A stretch of DNA of 63,471 nt, filler included, from Octopus bimaculoides (lineage: Eukaryota), in the NCBI RefSeq assembly GCF_001194135.2. It is 6 parts of 5 records of this genome, joined end to end, with 100 filler letters (N's around TTAATTAATTAA, not from the genome) between each part and the next. Parts side by side here need not be neighbours in the genome. Positions count along the whole stretch, not along the records: positions 9,184 to 20,111 come from NC_068983.1; positions 20,212 to 42,702 come from NC_068990.1; 4 more parts are not named here. One strand, 5' to 3'. Shown in pieces: positions 13,506-26,319 of the stretch. Position 1 is the first letter of the stretch; each line of letters starts with the position of its first letter. The notes beneath the pieces were generated by a model, which worked only from the letters and a program-made list of their open reading frames with translations, did no database searches and was not told the origin of the DNA. Both the position numbers and the translations under genes were made by a program.

Positions 13506-14673
13506 TCTAATATTTCGCTTAGGCATCGCGCGATTACTGATCTGGTACAGAACTCAATATGCATTTGCTTCCGAACGAAGCGTTGGTCGAGTACAGAGCA
13601 GTAATAAGAAAATGAGATAAGAAAGGAATAAACGATTATCATATGAACTTCATTAGCTTCCAGCTGTTTCTGCTACAAGATGCAGTGGACTCATAGTTGA
13701 GTGACTGAGTAACTATAGACATACACCTCCACTCATACACAAGTTAGATATGCCGTAAAGTCGGATAGCATGCCTTAAGAAATTAGTATATGTTTTCTAG
13801 GTTCCAAGGTCAAATGATACCAAGATCCGTATAGCTCTTACTCTCCCAGGGTCGATGAAAAAGTAGCAGTTAAACGTACCAGTGAAATACTGGGATTGAC
13901 TAATCTCTCGGAATCAGATGTGCTACATTGTGAAACGATCGTGGGGCACTACTTCTTAATGTCCCTTCAGAAATGGTGAAGGTTGAGTGAAGAAAGTATA
14001 AAAAAAAAGAAGAAAAGACGATATGCTACGAAAACTGTCCAACGTCAGACCGATATATAGTAAATATAGGGAAATATAGCCATATTAAGCATATGTGTGT
14101 TTTATCTGATTGTGTATGCGCGCGCGTTGTGTGTATGTTGTGTTTTGTGTGTGCGTGCGTGTGTTTGCATATGATCCCGTTTGTTTGTATGATTTTTCCC
14201 CATATGAAAGTTTCTGCACATGTGACTTTTATAGATAATTGATGTGATACACACGAAACTGCATTGTTTATGTAAGTGTGTGAATATACATACATGTATG
14301 TATGTATGAAAGAAGCCCATTTTGTATATGTATATGTATATATCTATGTGTGTGTGTCTTCGTGTCTGTGTTTGTCTGTCCTATCCCCACACCGCTTGAA
14401 AACTGGTATTGGTATGTTTACGTCCCCGTAACCTAGCAGTTCGCCATAATAGATAACTAATAGGCTTAAATCAAATAAGTTATGGGGTCGATTTGTTCAA
14501 AAAAAAGTCTTCAGGGCGCTGCTCCAGCATGGCCGCAGCCCCAGCATGGCCGCAGCTAAATAACTGAAAGAAGGACAAAAATAAGATAAAAAGATATATA
14601 TCTATATATAAAAAATTTTTCAGAATGAGATAAAAAACGAAGGCTGTGAAGATTTTAGAACATTTATAAATAG

Positions 14674-14721
14674 GTCTTACAGCTGTTTCCAGGATGTTTA
14701 TTATATCCCTTCATCGGAGAC
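14674..14721 (-). ncRNA. Hammerhead ribozyme motif, U4C variant, same family as 62115-62162
   Basis: Minus strand GTCT-CCGATGA-AGGGAT..ATCCTG-GAAA-CAGCTG-TA-AGAC. Confidence 0.55.
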
Positions 14722-14842
14722 GGTGTGAGAAAATGGTTAAGCAATAGCTAATTTATATATATATATATATATATNNNNNNNNNNNNNNNNNNNNNNNNNN
14801 NNNNNNNNNNNNNNNNNNNNNNNNNNNNNNNNNNNNNNNNNN

Positions 14843-15218
14843 TCCAGGTTCAGTCCCACTACATGGCACCTCGGGAAAATGTCATCTACTATTGCCTCGG
14901 GTCGACCAAAGCCTTGTGAGTGGATTTGGTGAACGGAAACTGAAAAAAGCCTGTAGTATATATATATATATATATATATATATGAATATATTTATGTGTG
15001 CGTCTTTGTGTCTGTTTGTCCCCCCACCATCACTTGTCAGCCGATGTTGGTGTGTTTACGTTCCCGTAACTTAGCGGTTCAGTAAAAGATTTCGACGGAA
15101 TAAGTAATTATGCTTACAAAGAATAAGTCCTGGGGTCGATTTCTTCGGCTGAAACCCTTTAAGGTGGTGCTCCAGCGTGGCCGCAGTAAAATAACTAAAA
15201 CAAGTAAAAGAATAAAAG
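14843..15218 (+). mobile_element. SINE family A, 5' end lost in gap
   Basis: B box, core, (TA)n and tail present. Confidence 0.8.
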
Positions 15219-15284
15219 AATATATATATATATATATATATATATTACACATGTGCATCTATGTATGTACATATACATGTATAT

Positions 15285-15315
<31 letters not shown>

Positions 15316-18300
15316 TTTATATAAATATATATGCATACACACGCGCAGACATATAGATAGATAGAGATAATGATGTATACATACATAAATAGACATATTA
15401 TAATCGTGTAAATACATACATACAGTCCCCTTGCGTACGTGCGCATGTGTATTGGCCTGCTGCGTTTACCAGTGTATATTTTGTGGTAGTATTTTCATCT
15501 ATGAAGTGTATTTGCGTGTGTGTTCGTATGTGTGTATCGTATGTGTTTATGTAAAAAGTGCCTTGGATTCTTGGTGGTGCCTTGGCGTGTGTTTGTAACT
15601 GCGTGTGTGTACAAAATAGTGAACGGTAGTGTACGTATATGCTAGTGAAATAATGTATGTATGAGTTTGTGTATGTATGTATATGTGTGCGTGTGTATGT
15701 GTGTGTGTGTGTGAGTGAGAAAGTGAGAAAGAGATGTAACGATGTGGATGTGAGAGGTCTCATGTACACGTGTGTATGTACGGTAATAAATCATATCATA
15801 ACGTTGTCTGACTTTTGATGCCATTTTAGATGTGCGACGTCACTGGGAGCAGATAGCTGTGGCGTTAGTGGTGTTGGTGGTTATTTTGAAGATGGTGTTG
15901 GTGATAAGAACTGTCGAAGTTGTAGCCATGATAGGATGGTATTAGTTAGTATTTGCATAGTGCTGTTGGTGACGATGGTGAACAATGAATGGCGAACGGT
16001 GACGGGGATAGTGCTAGCAATGGCGATGGGTGTTGGTGGTAACGGAGATGGAAGGTTTGTGTTTCTATTGTTTGCGGTGGTTTTAGTAACAACAGGGGCG
16101 TTATTGTTGTTTAAGACCCTCCACCAATCAACTGTGGATAGAAATGATTTATGATCGAAGTCATTCCAAGCATGCCCATCCTGTCTTTTTCGGAACGATC
16201 TATCCAACGTGTCCTTCCTTTTAGAAACATACGATCAGTGTGATTTGAAGGATCTTCTAGGATCTTTTGCTTCACTGCACCAGTGGACATTTTAATGTTT
16301 AGTGAAAGTTTTAAAATTTGGTGTATTGATGTAATTTTCCACTCTGAATCTTAGGAGCTAATTCACTTTTTCCAGAAAATTAACAAAAAAAATAAGAAAG
16401 AGTTACAGAGGTTTAAAGTTTTATCAATTTTACCCAGTCAGAAAACAGGATTTAGAATGTGACATTTTGGGCTTGACTTCACGTGTCAACTGTAAGTAAA
16501 TGAAATGGCGGATTTCTGCTTTACGTATGACACGTAACTCCACGTAACTTTTTTATTTTTTGGAATTTTCAGAATTCTTTTGCGAATTTGTATTCTACAC
16601 ACGGGAATTCATATGACTGATTATGTAGAAACAAAAAGCAAACAAATAAAAAAAACTTTGATGCGTGATTTTAGCCCTATTTAGCTATTATTTAGCACGT
16701 CTCACTACCACCTCATACCTCGTATTTTAAGCATTTAATAAGTGAAAAATGATCATATGGCTTGACAGGACAGCAACAGATAGGTGAGCAGCTTGGTAAC
16801 AGCTTGGCTTGTTACTATGGAAATAGGCAGCTATATGTCTGTGGCTTTCGATTAGCTAAAATTACCCAAAATTTGCAAACTTTAAAAGCTATTAACTTTT
16901 TATTTATTGATTTATGACAAAAATAAATTTCATGTCAATGATTACCATACAAAACTATACTAATTCACCAAATATGAAGTCAATTTGAACAAAAATTGTA
17001 GAAATTGAAAAGTGGCAGCCAAACAGAAAAGATCCAGATAAATGTTATTAATAACACTTAACAAGTAGTAAACAATTGGGCCTGTCTCAAACGAGGAAAG
17101 AAACGGTGCTCTGGCATAATGTTTCGTTCTTTGTGTTTTCAGATGTTATGGTGTAAGTTAAGGAAGATTTTGTTGCCCTTTCTAGCATTTAAAGGTTTGT
17201 GTGTTCTGATCTCCAAGGCAATGGAGAGCAACAAGCGATATACCGTCAAATGAAGGCTTTCGATTGGTTAAAATCACATAATTTTGGATGCTTGTAACTT
17301 CTTTAGTGGTGATAAGTGGTAAGAAACTCTAAAGAGAGCTGAACGGCAGAAGGTCTTCAGAGAAAAAAATCCCCCTCAGGCAGGGGTTTCGGCCCATAAT
17401 TTCTTACACTCTAAGGGAACCCGAGCGTATTCTGGGTGCCCTTCTGCTGACACTTTTCAACCGCTTGGATTTCAGAGACTTGTGCATTTAATCCACTTGG
17501 AAGCTTTAATCAAGTTGTAAATTCTCTCCGTTTACTCAGCTTTGAAACTTATTCTTAAAGGCTTTCGATTGGCTAAAATAACAACTTTGAATGCTTGTAA
17601 CTTCTTTATTATTAATTGCCAGAAAAAAAAAATGAATGCTATATTCGTCATCAGCATGCGAAAATACATCATGTCAACATTTTTTGAAAATAATCTGGTG
17701 AAAATTTGAAAAACTTCAAGTGGTTGGGAAAAATTTAACAAGATACGTGATGGGGACATATGATGTGGTTGTTTGGTGGTATGGTTGATGTTCTTTTCGT
17801 AATAATAGTAGTTATTGGTTAGCACCATGTCAGCTCTGATCGAGCAGACACAGATGGCAAGTATTCCATCCGCGATCATTCCGCCCTTTTCGTTATGCAG
17901 GGAAACCAGGGCTACAATATCCAACGTGTCCTTTAAAACGGTAAGGTAAGATTTGAGAGAGATTTTGGCGAGAGAAAGGTGTGCAAATCGAGATTAAAGA
18001 GTGAATGAGCAAAAAGTGCAAGGAACGGAGTAATGCTGAGGTAATACAAGTAACAAGTGTGGGAATCTGTACTGAAGTAGCCTCAGTATACACCTGTACA
18101 TCAACTATTCCAACAACAGAATACATCCTCTGGGAGTGGGTATTGACAACACATGGACTTCCTGATCAAAAGTATACATTTCTTTTACAAGGAAGGGAAG
18201 AGTAGACGTTCGAAACTCCTTAGATATTTCCCTCCCCCCCTCCCCCCACCAAGTGATGGATGCATTGACAAAATTCACATGTAGCTGATCGGCATCTAAA

Positions 18301-18399
18301 CCAGGAACGAGCAATCTTTCTTGAGAAGCGGGCCGCATGAGACATGGATCCATCATAAGGAAAGCCGAACTCTTAAAAAATTTCCCGGTAATTTTTCGT

Positions 18400-18650
18400 T
18401 AGGCGTACCTTCAGAAAGTCCTGCTCCAAACTATTTTTCACTGAAATTGGCCGTCCAAGTTGTAACATCTTCCCACTTATTATCTATCTGGCAGGCTAAG
18501 CCTAAATAACCCTTTAACCAGGTCGTCAGTCCAGTCACGAACGCTTTTCGAGACGGACTTTCCTATAAGCTTCTAATTAAATGCAAACTCGCCGTCTTGT
18601 CTTGGTTAAACTGTACTCCTGTTACTTCATATTCTTTAATTACCATTGAT
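18400..18650 (-). mobile_element. Old Tx1-like LINE fragment, RT thumb region
   Basis: Frameshifted EVTGVQFNQDKT, WTDDLVK, QIDNKWEDV pieces. Confidence 0.4.
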
Positions 18651-18805
18651 TACATTGATTTCTGAGGATCAAATAAGAATAATAATCATTTCTAACATAA
18701 CCACGTGACCACAAATTCAGAGAAAGTGTCAGACGATTATTTTATTTTTAATATTTATTTTAGTTTTATGACCTCAAACACAGAGACTCGGTCACGAATT
18801 TTGTT

Positions 18806-19499
18806 GGATCTATTTTAAAACGGGGGCGCCAGTATTTTCTTAACGAAACACTAACGAAACACTTTGAAACTTGGGACACTGGTAGAATGTGTCATATAAA
18901 ACATCTTTTACTCTTAGTCTTCTTAACAAAAAAAGAAGGAATTCGCAAGTTATTCCATGTTAAAGTTGTCGTATTTCTGTAATTTCAACCAATCACCTGA
19001 CGTCTATTCAGCTCCATACAGTGACTGCTGGGCGGTCATAAAAATGTTATTCCCTGTGACATATTTCATCCGGTTTAATCGTAATTTATACGCATATATT
19101 GTTTATATAATAAATTACGCTGTGCGTATCTATGTGTGTAACAATTTTAGAGTTCGGATTCTAGAGTTAGGGTTAGTTTTAGGGTTAGGGTTAGGGTTAC
19201 GGTTACGGTTAACAGTCTAGTTAGGGTTAGGGTTAGGGTTAGGATTAGGGTTAGGGTTAGGGGATTAATACGATATACACCGTTACAGCGTTAACTGTTT
19301 TCAACTGAATAGACGTCAGTGATTAGTAGAAATTATCGAAATAAGACAATTTTTTACATAAAATAAATTCGAATACAAAAATATTTTTCTGTTCTATAAC
19401 ACAAAATAGATAAGTATACGAAGTTTGAAAGTCTTTCCGTACCAAAAACACTACATAAAACATAAATGAAAACTGGCGCCCCCGTTTTAAAATAGATCC
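18806..19499. mobile_element. MITE with perfect 28-bp terminal inverted repeats and internal (TTAGGG)n
   Basis: GGATCTATTTTAAAACGGGGGCGCCAGT at 18806-18833, exact reverse complement at 19472-19499; flanks ATTTTGTT / ATTTTGTC suggest an 8-bp TSD. Confidence 0.85.
19167..19262 (+). repeat. Interstitial telomere-type (TTAGGG)n tract with variants
   Basis: About 14 hexamers including TTACGG and TTAGGA variants. Confidence 0.9.
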
Positions 19500-19904
19500 A
19501 TTTTGTCAAATTGACTTCAGTGACTTGTACTTTATTTTAGTCAAGTAGTGGAGTCGATGTAACAATAATAATGCTATTTAATAAATATTTGTTTCTTCTG
19601 ACTGACTTTAGTGAGACACACTCATACACAGTCATAGACGTATGTACACGCGCACACACAGATACAGGCATGCATTACACAAATCTCATTGATAAGGAAC
19701 CCGAACGGTTTTCAAGTGGTACGCTTGTTGTTGATGGAAGGAACAGTGTCTTCAAAGTTTTATTGTTGTAAAGGTCCTTCAATGACGAAGTCGGAGAGTG
19801 TGTCTGTCTAAGGGGTTTGTATGCGTGTACGTGTGTGTATATGTACGTATGTGTATGTGTGTGTGCGGATGTATGTATGTTTGTATGTATGTATATTTGT
19901 GTGT

Positions 19905-19936
<32 letters not shown>

Positions 19937-20211
19937 GGAGGGAAGGAAAGTGCTTTAGAACAAGGTGATGGATGAAGGAAAACATTGTTGTTTTTGTTGT
20001 TGCTATTGTCATCATGGCCGTCGTTGTTGTTGTTGTTGTTTTTGTTGGTGGTGGTGGCGGTGGCGGTGGCGGTGTTGGGAGTTAAGGATCTTGAAGCAGT
20101 GGAGCATGAACNNNNNNNNNNNNNNNNNNNNNNNNNNNNNNNNNNNNNNNNNNNNTTAATTAATTAANNNNNNNNNNNNNNNNNNNNNNNNNNNNNNNNN
20201 NNNNNNNNNNN

Positions 20212-20293
<82 letters not shown>

Positions 20294-21299
20294 GATAATA
20301 TATATATGTATGTGACATGACAAACAAGTAAAAGAATAAAAGAATAAAATATGTATATGTGTGTGTGTGTGTCTGCATATATTAATTGAAGTGTATTATA
20401 TATCCATTATACCCAATTTACTAATCAGTTTTGCACAGGGGTTCAATGGAGTGTTAGGTAACAGTTTGATTATGTAACCCTGTGCTCTTCAGAGGTAACC
20501 TATATATATATGTGTGTGCATGTGTGTGTGTACATATACACACATATATATACATATACATGTGTGTGTGTGTGTGTGTGCATGTATGTATGATGGGGTT
20601 CTCCCTGTTTCTGTCCACCAAAATCACTTACAAGGCTTTGATCAGCCTCAGACTATAGCAAAAGACAGTTGCCCATCTGCTCAAAATACCATGCAGTTGG
20701 ACTCAACAAGAAAACATGCAGTTGGCGAGCAAACTTCTTACTACACTGCCACACCTTCATGAGATTAAAATGACTGGAAGAAAAATTTTAATTGTTGCCT
20801 AATAAATTGATTTCTCTATGCAAATTATGCACGAGATGTCTTTTCCAGTTTAATATAGTGTAATATAAAAAAACATATATCTAGATAATCAACATGCTTT
20901 TTTTTTAGTTTCAGCTTAAAGCACAATAAACATTGACTTTAAACCTAAAGTTGGACAGGTAAGAATTGCAATTGGTAAGTTATGCAAAAAAAAAAAGAAA
21001 AAACTTGTTATGAAGTGTAGAAAACTGTCAGCAATTTAAATTATAAATCGGTGATAATCAGGTAACTTGATTAGATTTTACTGTACTTTGATTGATCTGG
21101 AACATTCTGTCAAATGTCATCTAATATCATAATTTGTGACTTGTAGAGTTATTGGTTGCAAGTTTTCAATAGGCTAATTAATTGTAGGCATTGATTATCT
21201 GGCAGTGAGAGTGACAAGAGGTGTGTCTGTATCTTAGTGCAAAGGTGTTTTTTTCAAAGAGTACAGATTACGTCCTTTGTCATTCTACTTTGCCACTCT

Positions 21300-21545
21300 A
21301 CATAAATGCAAGACACACGCATATGCACACATGCGTGAACACGCACATGCATGCACACATACATACATGAACACACACACACACATACACATGCATGCAC
21401 ACACACACACACACATGAACACATACACACATACATACACACACACATACACATGCATGCACACACGCACACACACACATACACATGCATGCACACACAC
21501 ACACATGAACACACACACACACACATACACATGCATGCACACACG

Positions 21546-21586
<41 letters not shown>
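21300..21586 (+). repeat. (CA)n array punctuated by CATG, weak higher-order period
   Basis: Recurring CATACACATGCATG and CACATGAA blocks. Confidence 0.85.
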
Positions 21587-21587
<1 letters not shown>

Positions 21588-21734
21588 AAACTGGCATTCC
21601 AACTGATCTGATCAACAGAATAGCCTGCTCATAAAATTAAAGTACATGTGGCTGAGCACTCCACGGACACATGTACCCTTAACGTAATTCTCATTGAGAT
21701 TCAGTTTGACACAGAATCTCTTCTACTCTAAGTA

Positions 21735-21955
21735 CAAGGCCCGAAATTTTGAGGGACGGGGGCCAGTCGATTAGATCAGCTCCAGTACGCAACTGGTACT
21801 TAAATTATTGACCCTGAAAGGATAAAAGGCAAAGTTGGCCTGAGCAGAATTTGAACTGAGAATGTAAAGACAGACAAAATACCGCTATACATTTTGCCTG
21901 GCATGCTAACGTTTCTGCCAGCTCCCCACCTTTCAGTGTGACACAGAATGTGACA
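21735..21955 (-). mobile_element. SINE family B
   Basis: Same motifs. Further copies: about 7930-8130 (+), 22925-23130 (+), 24455-24550 (-), 39530-39630 (-), 51025-51220 (-). Confidence 0.75.
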
Positions 21956-21984
21956 AGGCTGGCCCATTGCATTACTGGTACAAC

Positions 21985-22115
21985 TCACTTTCATCAAATG
22001 AGTGGATTGGAGCAACGAGAAATGAAGTGTCTTGCTCAAGAACACAACATGCTGCCAGGAATTGAAACTCATGACCTTCTGACTGTGAGATAAATAATCA
22101 AATCACTGAGCCGTG
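21985..22115 (-). mobile_element. tRNA-derived SINE head with CORE-like domain
   Basis: Minus strand B-box-like then GTGTTCTTGAGCAAGACACTTCATTTC. Similar pieces at about 29484-29560, 38380-38470, 50700-50790. Confidence 0.6.
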
Positions 22116-22379
22116 CACCTTCACTATGTATTAAAGAAGACACACATTCTGATACTGTTTACATATTCAATAATAACAAGAGCACTCACCTTTTGTAATC
22201 TCATGAACTCACTGAACCCTCGTTCTCTCCCACCCCTAGTCCACTTCCCTATTTATACCTTCCTTATAACTTGGGTGCATGGCCCCTTCCCCTTTCTCTG
22301 TCACATCTTCATCTCTCTTTCTTCTCTTCACCTGAAGTAGGTATGTTTCTCCTTTAACAGAAGACACCTTTTCTGTCCC

Positions 22380-22640
22380 TCAATACTGCTCCCCCACCCC
22401 AGCTGAAGGGTCTTGGCCTGCAAGTTGCTTGGTGACATCACTGCTGATGGTGCCACGTAAAAAGTACCCAGCATACTCTGTAAAAAGGTTGGCATTAGGA
22501 AGGGCATCCAACTGTAGAAACCAAGCCAGAGCAGATGGCAGAACTTGGTACAGTTTTCTGACTTGCTTGCTCCTGTCAAACAATCCAACTCATGCCAGCA
22601 TGGAAAATCGATGTCAAATGATGTTAAATGATGAATTATG
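22380..22640 (+). mobile_element. RTE-type 3' end fragment
   Basis: Similar, in opposite orientation, to the 3' UTR of the RTE copy at 23390 (GGCATTAGGAAGGGCATCC...CCAGCATGGAAA). Confidence 0.6.
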
Positions 22641-23389
22641 TCTTTTAACGTCCACTTTTCGATGTTTGCATGGGTCAGGTGGAATTTTTTGGGGCAGATT
22701 TTTTTATGGCCAGATGTCTTTCATGTCACTGACTCCCACCTGTTTCCAAGCAAGGTAATATTTCCTCATGGCTGGACATGTTTTTACGGAAGACTGAAAA
22801 TGAAGAATAGCGCTTGTATGATGGTGAAGTGCGTTTATAACCACCATGTGATGTCTGGATAAAGAAACAATCACACACAAATATGCACAAACACATATAC
22901 ATGCACCTTCCACCCCACTCCACTCAAGCTGGCAAAAACATAAGCATGCCAGGCAAAATGCTTAGCAGCATTTCGTCTGTCTGTACATTCTGAGTTCAAA
23001 TTCCACCAAGGTCGATTTTGCTTTTCATCCTTTCGAGGACAAGAAAGTAAGTACCATTTGAGCATTGAAGTTGGAGTGATTAACTTGTTCCCACTCCTGA
23101 AATTGTTGGCCTTATGCTAAAATTTGAAACTAGTATATCGTTAAGGCAGTGTTATTGATTTATGACTGTGTTTCATTAGTGTATTGTTTAATATTGCAAC
23201 TACAGTTATTAGCAGAATAACCAAATAAAGTGAAAAATTGATGTATAAGGAATTAAACTGTAGTTTATTAAATCTTTTCAATCTAACTGCTGATTTAACT
23301 AAATATAATAAAATTAAATTTTAAAAAAATACATTAAACAGCAATACTGTAAAGTTATACAGGCATTTTGTCTGACAGGTTTGATACAC

Positions 23390-24295
23390 CATCATCATCA
23401 TCAACATTTAACGTCTGTTTTCCATGCTAGTATGGGTTAGATGGTTTGACAGGAGCTGGCCAGCTTGAAGAGCTGCCCTGGTTCCATGTCTGTTTTAGCA
23501 TGGTTTCTACAGCTGGATGTCCTTCCTATCACCATCTACTTTACAGAGTGTACTGGGTGCTTTTATGCAGCACCAGCACAGGTGCATTTACATGGCACTG
23601 GTTAGGGTGTTTTTTATGTGGCACCATCACCCACGAGCTCACAAGGTTAGGAATGCTCAGCCAGAGAGGGATGCAGGGAACAGCCTGTATGCAAGGACAA
23701 CCATGCTTTTACTTAGAATGATATGTTATTTCAGCAACAGCAAACTACCAGGAGTCTTGGTCCCCTCTCATTCCCTCTTTGAATCCCAGCATCCATAGAT
23801 CCTTTCTTACCACTTCATCCCATGTCTTCCTGGGTCTACCCCTTCCACATGTTCCCTCTACAATTTAAGATCAGCACCCTTTGATGCAGCTGTCTTCATT
23901 CATATGCATTACATGGCCATACCAGCACAGTCTTCTCTCTTGCATGCTACATCTGATGCCTTGTATACCCAGTTCTTCTCTCAAGACACTCTGTCATGTA
24001 TGCACACTGACATTATCCATCCAGGAAAGCATTCTGGTTTCATTTCTTTCAAGCCTTCACATATCCTCAGTTGTCACAACCCATGTCTCACTACCATGTA
24101 GCATAGCTGTTCATACACAAGCGTCATACAATCTGCCCTTCACTCTCAGGGAGAAGCCCTTTGATACTAACAGAGATTGTAGCTCTAAACTTAGCTCAGC
24201 CTCTTCTTATTCTAGCACCTATACTTTCAGAACCCCACCCCCACACCTTCTAACTTGGTCACCTAAGTAACAGAAACCATCTACTAATTATAAAG
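23390..24295 (-). mobile_element. 5'-truncated RTE-clade LINE with (GAT)n tail
   Basis: FCYLG...RIR...KFREL...KGRLY.ACV..AMLHGSETW...RRL.WYGHV...GRGRPRKTW.EVV..DL, then 3' UTR and tail. Confidence 0.85.
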
Positions 24296-24345
24296 ATCCT
24301 CCCTGACATTTATGGGTTTTTTTATATGATTAATATTGGTTTCTG

Positions 24346-24445
24346 TGGAGGTGCAATGGCCCAGTGGTTAGGGCAGCTGACTCATGATCGGAGGATCATG
24401 GTTTTGATTCCCAGACCGGGAGTTGTGTGTGTTTATTGAGCGAAA
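24346..24445 (+). mobile_element. tRNA-like SINE head of a further family
   Basis: TGGCCCAGTGGTTAGGGCAG...GGTTTTGATTCCC; no acceptor-stem closure. Confidence 0.55.
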
Positions 24446-25169
24446 ACACCTAAATCGACCTCAATGGAATTTGAACTCAGAACATAAGGATGAACGAAAT
24501 GCCACAAAGCATTTTACCTGTTGCACTAACGATTCTGCTAGCTTACTGCATTAATTTTATATTATGAATATTATTTACTTTTCTATAAGCTTTAATCTGG
24601 AATAATTATTGCATAACTTTGTAATAAGTTATTTCATAATTTGCTGTCTTTTATTGTTTAATTAAGTAAGCAAATATTTTACTAATGCCTTCGTTAAAAA
24701 TTTCCTTTATTTTCTCCTATCATTATTATTACTCATGTTTGGCAATCAATTATTTGTTTCGTGCATGTATTGTAGGCAGTGGATCATCCACGTGGTAACT
24801 TGTCTTACTAGAAATATCAGCTAAATCTCTCTTATCAAATCAAGCACTCTTGTCTTAGAAAAGAACACATTGGATAATAAGATTCTGAATTCACTATGTC
24901 TACAAAAAAGAGGGGATGGTCATGGATAGATACTCCATTCAGACCAAAAGTTCACATGATATTATGCATTTGGTTCCAGTCAGAATATTGATTAAATAAG
25001 TAATTCAATTACAATAAACCATTTTGATGATGGTGAAGTCGCTTGACATATGCCAACTGAAGTATTTACATTTCCTAAAAACCCGCCTTCTTAGGAAAGA
25101 ACGCCTATTTGACATTTTTTATACACAGAAGCTAAAGAACATTCCAAGGTTCCCTGGGAGATCAGCTAC

Positions 25170-25204
25170 TATATAATCAACCGGCAATACTCTTTACTCT
25201 CAGT
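25170..25204 (+). promoter_or_regulatory. Candidate TATA plus initiator core promoter of the VWD gene
   Basis: TATATAA at 25170-25176 lies 32 nt before the A of TCAGT (25200-25204), which is 83 nt before the ATG. Confidence 0.4.
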
Positions 25205-25284
25205 AAGTCTGCTTGTCCAGAACCTCATTCAGTAGAGTTTATTTAAAATATAGTCAGTTGTCATCTTTTGGAGAAGCAGCTGCC

Positions 25285-25373
25285 ATGCTGGGGGCAGACT
25301 TGCCCTTTCGACTGGTCTTTATTGCCAGTGTGATGTACACAGCAGAAATTAGCATTGCAAACGGCATGCAAAG
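25285..25373 (+). CDS. Exon 1: start codon and signal peptide [29 protein letters not shown]
   Basis: Kozak-like GCTGCCATG, hydrophobic N-terminus, donor AG|GTAAGG; phase 2 matches exon 2. Confidence 0.75.
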
Positions 25374-26275
25374 GTAAGGCAATGTATTTATAATATATAT
25401 ATATATATTTAATCACGGATGTCTAACAAATTTATACACAGGAAAAAATATATACATAAAACATTATTTAAGATTGTCAAAGTAATGGATTAGAATTTTG
25501 ATGAATTTTAACTATTTGCTACTAAATCCCACTTGCGATATAATTGCTCTGATCCAACATCAATCTATATCATTTTATTTTATATTATTTACTAAATCAA
25601 GCATCTTAAAATCCCTACACCTTTTTACTAGTGGATCCTGACAAATTCGAATGGAGTTCCTACACAGAAATATGTCTCCACAAAATGTGCTGGTATGGCT
25701 GTGTGGTAAGAAGTTTGCTTCCCACTCATGTTGCAACCACATCAGGGGCAAAACTAGTCGGTATACAGCACTTACTCGGTATTACCTGTATCTTTAGGGT
25801 TCGGGTGACTCCATTACCCTTCATAACCTTTATATATATATATATATATACATATATNNNNNNNNNNNNNNNNNNNNNNNNNNNNNNNNNNNNNNNNNNN
25901 NNNNNNNNNNNNNNNNNNNNNNNNNNNNNNNNNNNNNNNNNNNNNNNNNNNNNNNNNNNNNNNNNNNNNNNNNNNNNNNNNNNNNNNNNNNNNNNNNNNN
26001 NNNNNNNNNNNNNNNNNNNNNNNNNNNNNNNNNNNNNNNNNNNNNNNNNNNNNNNNNNNNNNNNNNNNNNNNNNNNNNNNNNNNNNNNNNNNNNNNNNNN
26101 NNNNNNNNNNNNNNNNNNNNNNNNNNNNNNNNNNNNNNNNNNNNNNNNNNNNNNNNNNNNNNNNNNNNNNNNNNNNNNNNNNNNNNNNNNNNNNNNNNNN
26201 NNNNNNNNNNNNNNNNNNNNNNNNNNNNNNNNNNNNNNNNNNNNNNNNNNNNNNNNNNNNNNNNNNNNNNNNNNN

Positions 26276-26319
<44 letters not shown>

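Noticed and set aside
11647-13642. Long ORFs of 200-330 aa, and similar ones elsewhere
   Set aside because: Run through N gaps or dinucleotide repeats (YIYI, CVCV, THTH, ERER)
13655-13700. GAAACAGCTG on minus strand with CTATGAG upstream
   Set aside because: Core lacks G5, triplet is not NUH, stem II is weak
19167-19262. Possible chromosome end or fusion site
   Set aside because: Short, single orientation and enclosed by MITE TIRs
24346-24420. Possible tRNA gene (also 29484-29560)
   Set aside because: A and B boxes are present but there is no full cloverleaf; SINE heads
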